Shown here one piece after another: positions 52,270-61,947 of a stretch of DNA of 61,947 nt. The notes beneath the pieces were generated by a model. It had not been told where the DNA came from. It saw only the letters and a list, made by a program, of their open reading frames with translations, and did no database searches. The first letter of the stretch is position 1; each line of letters starts with the position of its first letter. The stretch spans positions 96,802,274-96,864,220 of the forward strand of contig NC_068987.1 in NCBI RefSeq assembly GCF_001194135.2, written 5' to 3'. The position numbers and the translations under genes are program-made. Source of the DNA: Octopus bimaculoides (taxonomy: Eukaryota).

Positions 52270-52487
52270 TGTAAGGGAACGACCGTGCGAACTTATAAAA
52301 AGGAGAAATGGTGACGAATGGAAAAACAGAGGACTCCTTTTATTTAAACGCGTCACACGATCGAACACACAATAATATATATCAATAATGATATATTAGA
52401 TATGTTATGCGACGATAACATAGATGACCAGTAATGAAAGACCACAACCGTATAAGATGAATAACAGAGATATTTATTATGGCGTTA
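52270..52487 (-). mobile_element. Diverged LTR copy related to the terminal repeats at 61290-61938
   Basis: ~215 nt alignable by eye (gaccgtgcgaac..aaacgcgtcacacg..gaccagtaatgaaagaccacaaccgtataagatg). Confidence 0.85.
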
Positions 52488-53868
52488 AAGATGTATGTCT
52501 ATGTGTGAGTGTGAATGCGACATATAAGAACATAATCAAAGACAGGCCGTCGTACAAAGAAAAGTATGTATGTGAGTGATACATGTATGTGTATGTGAAA
52601 TATTACAGCAGAGAAAGAGTCAATAACACGTGAGCAATTATACCNNNNNNNNNNNNNNNNNNNNNNNNNNNNNNNNNNNNNNNNNNNNNNNNNNNNNNNN
52701 NNNNNNNNNNNNNNNNNNNNNNNNNNNNNNNNNNNNNNNNNNNNNNNNNNNNNNNNNNNNNNNNNNNNNNNNNNNNNNNNNNNNNNNNNNNNNNNNNNNN
52801 NNNNNNNNNNNNNNNNNNNNNNNNNNNNNNNNNNNNNNNNNNNNNNNNNNNNNNNNNNNNNNNNNNNNNNNNNNNNNNNNNNNNNNNNNNNNNNNNNNNN
52901 NNNNNNNNNNNNNNNNNNNNNNNNNNNNNNNNNNNNNNNNNNNNNNNNNNNNNNNNNNNNNNNNNNNNNNNNNNNNNNNNNNNNNNNNNNNNNNNNNNNN
53001 NNNNNNNNNNNNNNNNNNNNNNNNNNNNNNNNNNNNNNNNNNNNNNNNNNNNNNNNNNNNNNNNNNNNNNNNNNNNNNNNNNNNNNNNNNNNNNNNNNNN
53101 NNNNNNNNNNNNNNNNNNNNNNNNNNNNNNNNNNNNNNNNNNNNNNNNNNNNNNNNNNNNNNNNNNNNNNNNNNNNNNNNNNNNNNNNNNNNNNNNNNNN
53201 NNNNNNNNNNNNNNNNNNNNNNNNNNNNNNNNNNNNNNNNNNNNNNNNNNNNNNNNNNNNNNNNNNNNNNNNNNNNNNNNNNNNNNNNNNNNNNNNNNNN
53301 NNNNNNNNNNNNNNNNNNNNNNNNNNNNNNNNNNNNNNNNNNNNNNNNNNNNNNNNNNNNNNNNNNNNNNNNNNNNNNNNNNNNNNNNNNNNNNNNNNNN
53401 NNNNNNNNNNNNNNNNNNNCTGAAAGCAGAATAACCGCCTTGAAGGTTATGCTTCCCGTAAACTTTAGAAGGGTGCTAATATCAACGGAAACCTAATTTT
53501 TCTTTGGGCTCTTGACAGTTACGTAACGTCACATTTCGAATATTATGCTTGTGCAAAAGCAGACGATGGCTACAAAATTCCTAATAAACAAAAGAGATAG
53601 TGAGCAAAATAGTAATAGTTGCCATCATATTTTCTCTCTCTACTTCCCTCTCTGTCTCTCTATCTCTCTGTCTCTCTGTCTCTCTATCTCTCTGTCTCTC
53701 TATCTCTCTGTCTCTCTGTGGAATAGTGAAATAGAGGCACAGAGAATGAAAACACTGATTAAGAGACAGGGAGACACAAATTGAGAGAAAGACAAAGAGG
53801 AAAGTTATGATGATAATAGTGGCAATAAGTTTGTGTAACATCAAACTGTGAATGCATATGTGTGTGTG

Positions 53869-53949
<81 letters not shown>

Positions 53950-54221
53950 CAGCACCATTCTTACCAACTTGTTTTAATTCAGTCATAGTGCATCTAAGAC
54001 TACATAATCCAACATGTCCTTCCATTTTCAAGACGTTAGGGTTTCATTAGGTGGAGCTCTGGCTGCTATTGCAGCTGTTCAAGCTACCACGTACATATAT
54101 GCTCTCTATGTTAGTGCATCCAGATTTACACATCGAAAATTATTATTAAGTACGACTGTGAATAAATACTCCCCCCTCTCTATCTGACAAGGAGGCTGTC
54201 ACAAAACATTAGATACCGCTT

Positions 54222-54307
<86 letters not shown>

Positions 54308-56138
54308 ACACACGCATGTATATCACCCACTCTTTGAAGTAGCATGTAAATTGTTAAAAATTCTACAGACACGTCTACCCTTCAGAAAATTCTCGGGCAA
54401 AATCATCGTGAAACTGTGTGACAAAGTTGACTCCTTAAAATATGGGTATAATCACTCGACAGATTTCTATAGTTTCCATTTATAGTTTCACTTATAAGGC
54501 TTAGGACACTCAAAACTACAGTTAAAACTACAGTTAAAAGATACGAGCCAAAGATGCCTCGCAATTGAACTGAACCTATGATTATGAAGCGAATTTCGTA
54601 ACCATTAACCCACTCTGTGTACAGTATAATAACGTCTTATACTATACGTGAATGGTGGGATCTTTTCAAATTTCTTCGCACCATTAGATTAAAAAAAATT
54701 TTTTTCTACACTATTGTAGTTTTGCTTGCTGATGACGAAAATCATATAATTTTCTCGAAATAGTGGTTTCCAATTTTGGCTCAAGGCCAGTAATTTTAGG
54801 GGAATTCGATTACATTGACCCCAGCGCTCAAGCGGCGCTTATATTATCGACCCCGAAAGAATGAAAGGTAATCTCGACCTCGGCAGAACTTAAACTCAGA
54901 ACGTAAAGAGCCGGAAGAAATGCTGTTAAGTAGTTTATCCGACGGACTCACGATTTTGCCAACTCGTCGCCTTTCTCTTGAAATTAATGTTTTCAAATGT
55001 CTGTACAAGGCCAGCAATTTTAAGGGGAAGGGTCAAATCGATTACAATGACCCCAGTGCTCAATTGGTACTTGTGTTATCGACTCTGATAGAATGAAAGG
55101 TTAAGTCGACCTCTGCAGAATTTGAACTCAGAACATAAAGACAGACGAAAGGCCGCTAAGCATTTTGTCCGGTGTGCTAACGTTTCTACCAGCTCGTCGC
55201 CTTTCCCCTATTAATAACCCTTTATACTATAAGCAAAAGGCCTGAAATTTCGCAGGAGGTGGTTAGTCGATTACATCGACTCCACTGCTCAACTGGTTCT
55301 TATTTCATCGATTCTCGAATGGGATGAAAGACGGATGAAATGCCTTTTAGCATTTTGTCCGGTGTGCTAACGATTCTGTCAGCTCACCACCTTCCTCTAG
55401 AAACTAACAATAAAAAAAGTTATTTGTTGATATAATAATTCATTGNNNNNNNNNNNNNNNNNNNNNNNNNNNNNNNNNNNNNNNNNNNNNNNNNNNNNNN
55501 NNNNNNNNNNNNNNNNNNNNNNNNNNNNNNNNNNNNNNNNNNNNNNNNNNNNNNNNNNNNNNNNNNNNNNNNNNNNNNNNNNNNNNNNNNNNNNNNNNNN
55601 NNNNNNNNNNNNNNNNNNNNNNNNNNNNNNNNNNNNNNNNNNNNNNNNNNNNNNNNNNNNNNNNNNNNNNNNNNNNNNNNNNNNNNNNNNNNNNNNNNNN
55701 NNNNNNNNNNNNNNNNNNNNNNNNNNNNNNNNNNNNNNNNNNNNNNNNNNNNNNNNNNNNNNNNNNNNNNNNNNNNNNNNNNNNNNNNNNNNNNNNNNNN
55801 NNNNNNNNNNNNNNNNNNNNNNNNNNNNNNNNNNNNNNNNNNNNNNNNNNNNNNNNNNNNNNNNNNNNNNNNNNNNNNNNNNNNNNNNNNNNNNNNNNNN
55901 NNNNNNNNNNNNNNNNNNNNNNNNNNNNNNNNNNNNNNNNNNNNNNNNNNNNNNNNNNNNNNNNNNNNNNNNNNNNNNNNNNNNNNNNNNNNNNNNNNNN
56001 NNNNNNNNNNNNNNNNNNNNNNNNNNNNNNNNNNNNNNNNNNNNNNNNNNNNNNNNNNNNNNNNNNNNNNNNNNNNNNNNNNNNNNNNNNNNNCGTATAT
56101 ATGTATATATATATGTGTGTGTGTATGTTTGTGTGTCT

Positions 56139-56347
56139 GTGTTTGTCCCCCCCAACATCGCTTGACAACCGATGCTGGTGTGTTTACGTCCCCGTAACTT
56201 AGCGGTTCGGCAAAAGAGACCAATAGAATAAGTACTAGGCTTACAAAGAATAAGTCCTGGGGGTCGATTTGCTCGACTAAAGGCGGTGCTCCAGCATGGC
56301 CGCAGTCAAATGACTGAAACAAGTAAAAGAGTAAAAGAGTAAAAGAG
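56139..56347. mobile_element. Young copy of a SINE-like family with (gagtaaaa)n end; older copies ~400-500, 8210-8410, 24660-24750, 34620-34800
   Basis: Shared cgttacggggacgtaaac..ccagcatggccgcagtcaaatgactgaaacaagtaaaa blocks. Confidence 0.7.
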
Positions 56348-56730
56348 ATATAAGCATTTTCTAACTCGCGGATGTCATTGTTACTATTCAAAATGTACAT
56401 CTGGAAAAGCTAGCGGAACTATATTTTCCAATATATATATATATATTCTTGCATTTCTTCTTTTTTTTTATTTCCCCATGAAGCCACTTCACTGATACAA
56501 AATGACCTTGGTAGTTGTCAATTATCCAGCTGGAATTGCCCAGAGAACAAAGTATTATTGATTGCTGTATCTAGCACACGGCTTTCAATGTCGTTGTATT
56601 GTCATGTTGGCAAAAGTACGAGCTCTGTTTTTGTGTGTCTGCCTTATTTCCTTTTCTCCCATCCATTATCTTTTATTCAGATTTTATTTTTTCTCTCACT
56701 CTATTCTTTCCTTCCTTCCTTCCTTCCTTC

Positions 56731-56816
<86 letters not shown>

Positions 56817-57535
56817 CTTTGCTCGATCATTCTTACTTTTCCTCATTTTGTTTTTGTTTTTCTCTTCATTCTTTCATTCCTTCCGTCTGTGTTTTTTTTC
56901 TGTTTTTACCCTTCATACTTTCCTTTTCTGTGGAGGCGCAATGGCCCAGTGGTTAGGGCAGCGGATTCGCGGTCATAGGATCGCGGTTTCGATTCCCAGA
57001 CCGAGCGTTGTGAGTGTTTATTGAGCGAAAACACCTAAAGCTCCACGAGGCTCCGGCAGGGGATGGTGGCGAACCCTGCTGTACTCTTTCACCACAACTT
57101 TCTCTCACTCTTACTTCCTGTTTCTGTTGTGCCTGTAATTCAAAGGGTCAGCCTTGTCACACTGTGTCAAGCTGAATATCCCCGAGAACTACGTTAAGGG
57201 TACACGTGTCTGTGGAGTGCTCAGCCACTTGCACGTTAATTTCACGAGTAGGCTGTACCATTGATCGGTTCAACTGGAACCCTCGACGTCGTAAGCGACG
57301 GAGTGCCAACAACAAAAACTTTTCCTTTCTATTTGACTCGGTTGGTCGATTTCTCTCTGTGTCTCTCTTTCACCTGCCTTTCCTTTGTTTATATCTCTTT
57401 TTCTAACTCGCGTGCGCGTGCACGGATGCACAAACTGTGCACGGGCGCGTGTATGTGTGTGTTTGTATGTATATCTGAACTCACACATACAAACACACAA
57501 AGGTTGACCCGAAAGAAGCGGGCATAACAGTTTTA

Positions 57536-57830
57536 TTACCATAGGTCGTTCAAATGTTGGTAGAGGAACTTTTCGTCTATGTTGAGTAATGCCTTTATAC
57601 TACTCAACATACTTTCCATCACGACTGATGCATCTGTACAATCGTCGGATCTAGCTCTAGAATTCTTTTTGTTAAAATTTCAGGTGTACACGGTTTTACC
57701 TACTTTTTCAGAGCTGCTTTTACCTCGTCTGCGTCACCAAATCGGTGTCCCCGAAGTACTCTTCATAGGACCGAACAGATGGAAGTCAGAGGGCGCCAGA
57801 TTCGGGCTGTAACAACAGTAGATGAGGGAG
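57536..57830 (-). mobile_element. Mariner transposase 3' remnant
   Basis: YSPNLAPSDFHLFGPMK and RCISRDGKYVE* motifs; TIR-like end at ~57537. Confidence 0.8.
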
Positions 57831-60826
57831 CTACTGATTTGGTTAATTTGCCAATTTCTTGATTTACTATCAAAGATATACACACTGTCAATGTCAGTGT
57901 GAATCGTTTTCAAATTCTTGTTCGGTCTCTTCCTCCTAATGGATTCCCTAAGCTGCTCGTGTGTCTTATTGTATCGCTCGCTGTTCACATTATAGACACA
58001 TTCCAGAAAATAAGGAAAATTATGCCCTTGTTATCTCCCAAAACAGCTACCTTGACTTTATGTGCGGATCCTTAGCTCTTAAACTTCCCCGGTATTGGAG
58101 AAGAAATATAACAACATTCCATGGACGGAGCCTTCCTTTCCAGATCTTAAAGGAGCAGTCACATTTCATCCCTTCTCATCAGATAGGCAAAAAAAAAAGT
58201 GTCTCCATTGGCTTCAGACGTTTCCAGTAGAAAAGAGCAGACTTCTACCCTTCTCTCTTTTAAATCAGGTGTCAACAACCGAGGTATCAACTTCGTATAC
58301 ACTTTCTAAAGTCCAAAGCATTCTATCACCTTTTATAATCTTATAATCCATTTTGGTTCAGTTCAAATATGCAGCAAGCTTGGAGAAGTCCATTCGCTGG
58401 CGATTCACGCCAGTGGTCGCAGTTAATAGTCTTTCATTGCGTTGGCCTAGTATAACTAAAATCTCGTTAAACAGTGTGAGTGTTTAAGGTTACCGTTGTA
58501 TAATCTCTTTACAGTTAGCTCTGCTTGAAGGGAACCTATACCGCAGAGCTTGAGTTAACTGTGGATGACCAAACAACGGATTTTTTCTGTTTGGCTGCTC
58601 CTGTGGAAATTTTAAAGTTTAGTGAAAATTTTGAAATTCGGTGTATTGATGTAATTTTCCAAGCTGAATCTCAGGAGATGATTCACTTTTTCCAGAAACC
58701 TTTTTTTAAAGAGTTACAGTAGTTTAAAGTTTGATAATTTTTACCCAGACAGCACATGTTGTCAACCGTAAACAAATGAAATATTGGCAGAATTCTGCTT
58801 TACGTGCTTCATACAATCCCGTATAACTTTTTTATTTTTTAGAATTTTCAAAAAGTTTTGCGAATTTGTATTCTACACACGGGAATTTATACGATTATGC
58901 AACATCCAAAAGAACAAAAAAAAAAAAAAAATTGCGTTTGATTTAAGGCCTATTTAGCTATTATTTTTAACACATCTCATGATCATCTCAATAGTTGCTC
59001 AAAGTCTCTTAACATTCGACCGCCTTAAAAAAACAGAAACACGGTGGAAAATGTCATGTCTTCTCTGAACAAAACGTGACAGCTGGTAAGTTTTCAACTG
59101 TAACTGAAACGGTTTTGTGGTTTGCTCACTCAAGACTGACTTAAAGCTAAAAAACGACGGCGGCGGTGATGCCAACAACAAAACAGCAACAAAGCATCAA
59201 CGACTGCACATTGNNNNNNNNNNNNNNNNNNNNNNNNNNNNNNNNNNNNNNNNNNNNNNNNNNNNNNNNNNNNNNNNNNNNNNNNNNNNNNNNNNNNNNN
59301 NNNNNNNNNNNNNNNNNNNNNNNNNNNNNNNNNNNNNNNNNNNNNNNNNNNNNNNNNNNNNNNNNNNNNNNNNNNNNNNNNNNNNNNNNNNNNNNNNNNN
59401 NNNNNNNNNNNNNNNNNNNNNNNNNNNNNNNNNNNNNNNNNNNNNNNNNNNNNNNNNNNNNNNNNNNNNNNNNNNNNNNNNNNNNNNNNNNNNNNNNNNN
59501 NNNNNNNNNNNNNNNNNNNNNNNNNNNNNNNNNNNNNNNNNNNNNNNNNNNNNNNNNNNNNNNNNNNNNNNNNNNNNNNNNNNNNNNNNNNNNNNNNNNN
59601 NNNNNNNNNNNNNNNNNNNNNNNNNNNNNNNNNNNNNNNNNNNNNNNNNNNNNNNNNNNNNNNNNNNNNNNNNNNNNNNNNNNNNNNNAAAATTGTTACA
59701 CACATAGATACGCACAGCGTAATTTATTATATAAACAATATATGCGTATAAATTACGATTAAACCGGATGAAATATGTCACAGGGAATAACATTTTTATG
59801 ACCGCCCAGCAGTAACTCTATTCAGCTGAATAGACGTCAGTGATTGGTTGAAATGACAGAAATACGACAACTTTAACATGGAATAACTTGCGATGTACGT
59901 TTTGTTGTTAAGAAGACTAAGAGTAAAAGATGTTTTATATGACACATTCTACCAGTGTCCCAAGTTTCAAAGTGTTTCGTTAGTGTTTCGTTAAGAAAAT
60001 ACTGGTGCCCCCGCTTTGAACTAGATCCGTTGTGCCCATAATATTTGAAGAAACTCACAGATTGACGAAATTGATGTGACCGATGTCAACTTTCAACATT
60101 TGCAAGTGAATGTAAGCGACGAGGAAACAGTGAACCCGTTGAAACAGAATGATCACCGTTAAAGACAGCTAAGATCAAGTGATGTTCGTGACGGTGTTAC
60201 CAGATTTAGGGTAGTGTCAAAACTAGCATCTACAATATAATAATTATTTCAAATTTTTGCCATAGGGGTAGCTTGGGGTAGGTGGGGATGAGTCGATTAC
60301 ATCGACCCCAGTGTTCAACTGGTACTTTATTTTATCGACCCCGAACGGATGAAAGGCAAAGTCGACCTCGGCGGAATTTGAACTCAGAACACAGCGACGG
60401 ACGAAATACCGCTAAGCATTTCGTACAGCGTGCCAACAATTCTCATTTCTTTATTGCCCACAAGGGGCTAAACATAGAGGGAACAAACAAGGACAGATGA
60501 AAGGATTGAGTCGATTACATCGACCCCAGTGCGTAACTGGTACTTAATTTATCGACCCCGAAAGGATGAAAGGCAAAGTCAACCTCGGCGGAATTTGAAC
60601 TCAGAACGTAACGGCAGACGAAATACCGCTAAGCATTTCGTACAGCGTGCTAACGATTCTGCCAGCTCGCCGCCTTAGCATCTACAATATAATAGCAATA
60701 AAAAAATAATTGGTGTAAGCATGCGTGGTGATATGTAAAGTTACTACAAACGTGGAAAGAAAAGAAATGTAGTTAGCTAGATTAAACCCAAGTTTGCATT
60801 ATTTCAGGTTGTTATACGTATCTAGG

Positions 60827-60913
60827 GGATCTATTTTAAAACGGGGGCGCCAGTATTTTCTTAACGAAACACTAACGAAACACTTTGAAACTCCCCCGTT
60901 TTAAAATAGATCC
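60827..60913. mobile_element. 87-bp micro-MITE with 21-bp perfect TIR and 8-bp TSD
   Basis: ggatctattttaaaacggggg..cccccgttttaaaatagatcc flanked by tatctagg (60819-26, 60914-21). Confidence 0.85.
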
Positions 60914-61289
60914 TATCTAGGTTTATTGTCAAAATTTGATACTTGTTCATATATGATATACTTAGAGGTTTCATACATACATACATACAGATGTGTGTAT
61001 TATGCATGTGTATGTACATACGTGTGTGTGTGTGTGTGTGACAAAGGAATATTTTGGTTGGTTCACAAATTTGTGTGAACTTACAAGGATTGTTTACGAA
61101 ATAAAGAACAAAATGACAAAAGGAAAAATGGCGTCATTGTGAAGAATGACGGGAAAGAAATATTCACACCAAGTTCGTGCGTGGCCGTAAGAAATATGGG
61201 TGTCAGTGTGATAACGATTGTTGAAGTATTTGAATTCTGAAGCCGAAGTTGACCTTAGCTGTGTTATGACAATTGGTCAGTTATATATA

Positions 61290-61938
61290 TGTAAGAACGA
61301 CCGTACGAACTAAAAAAGGAGCAATGGTGACGAATGGAAAAACAGGAGAACTCCTTTTATTTAAACGCGTCACACGGTCGAACACAAAATTAATATATCA
61401 ATGATGATATACAAATATGTTATACTACGATAACATAGATGACCAGTAATGAAAGACCACAACCGTATAAGATGAATAACAGAGGTATTTATTATGGCGT
61501 TAGGTAGTTTCACTACACTAGCCTCGCACCAGTCAGTTTGTCGAAGGCAAACAGACGAAATAAAAAAAATTGATGTAGTGAAAAAGACTAATAGAACGGT
61601 TGGTCTATTACTGGCATTTAGTCACCATTTTAGAAAAGCTATGTGAACAATCACATTGGGATGTACAGATCAGAAGGGCTGTATGAACGAATCACGTCGG
61701 GGTCACCAATTGTAAGAACGACCGTGCGAACTCAAAAAGGAGAAATGGTGACGAATGGAAAAACAGAGGAACTCCTTTTATTTAAACGCGTCACACGGTC
61801 GAACACAAAATTAATATATCAATGATGATATACAAATATGTTATACTACGATAACATAGATGACCAGTAATGAAAGACCACAACCGTATAAGATGAATAA
61901 CAGAGGTATTTATTATGGCGTTAGGTAGTTTCACTACA
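61290..61938 (-). mobile_element. TRIM-like non-autonomous LTR retroelement (two 228-bp LTRs, 193-bp non-coding core)
   Basis: LTRs 61290-61517 and 61711-61938 (TG..CA, 223/228 identical); PBS 61688-61708; purine-rich tract next to other LTR; TATA TSD. Confidence 0.9.
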
Positions 61939-61947
61939 TATATATAT

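Noticed and set aside
27972-57024. ORFs of HTHT, CVCV, YVCM, IHTY, FLSF repeats
   Set aside because: Translations of (CA)n, (TATG)n and (TTTC)n microsatellites; no coding signal.
28263-59793. Long ORFs in the supplied track filled with X (e.g. 39830-40645, 52630-53496, 55397-56400, 59117-59793)
   Set aside because: They run through N-gaps (28456-28755, 37683-37777, 38601-38960, 39869-40472, 49499-50324, 52645-53419, 55446-56093, 59214-59688); only the integrase part of 49467-51017 is real.
61688-61708. Perfect tRNA-Trp 3' end including CCA
   Set aside because: Only 21 nt and positioned 2 nt from an LTR: a primer-binding site, not a tRNA gene.

Overview
AT-rich, repeat-dense eukaryotic (animal) genomic DNA with ten N-gaps. 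Gene content, SINE families and microsatellite load point to a coleoid cephalopod, most likely Octopus (inference, not verifiable here). Two protein-coding genes can be built by hand from splice sites. (1) On the + strand, the last eight coding exons of a class III alcohol dehydrogenase / GSNO reductase (ADH5-like, 1896-14883); its 5' exons lie outside the window. (2) On the - strand, a complete four-exon ATF4/CREB2-type bZIP gene (~27715 to ~21415). Its 5' leader has the integrated-stress-response layout: a 3-codon uORF1 (MSY*) and a 74-codon uORF2 spliced across three exons that overlaps the main AUG out of frame, plus two extra uORFs ending at the first main-frame AUG and an exact CARE/AARE site in its own promoter. 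Between the two genes is a possible unannotated, possibly frameshifted, minus-strand multi-exon gene with a CpG-rich promoter. From 28 kb onward there are only mobile elements and repeats: RTE and R4/Dong-like LINE remnants, a Penelope-type terminal repeat with a variant hammerhead ribozyme, Gypsy integrase/LTRs, mariner and hAT remnants, MITEs with clear TIRs/TSDs, a fold-back element with inverted TTAGGG arrays, and a 649-bp TRIM-like mini LTR element with a tRNA-Trp primer-binding site. No prokaryotic features, CRISPR arrays, rRNA or genuine tRNA genes. Most ORFs in the supplied track are N-gap or microsatellite artefacts.
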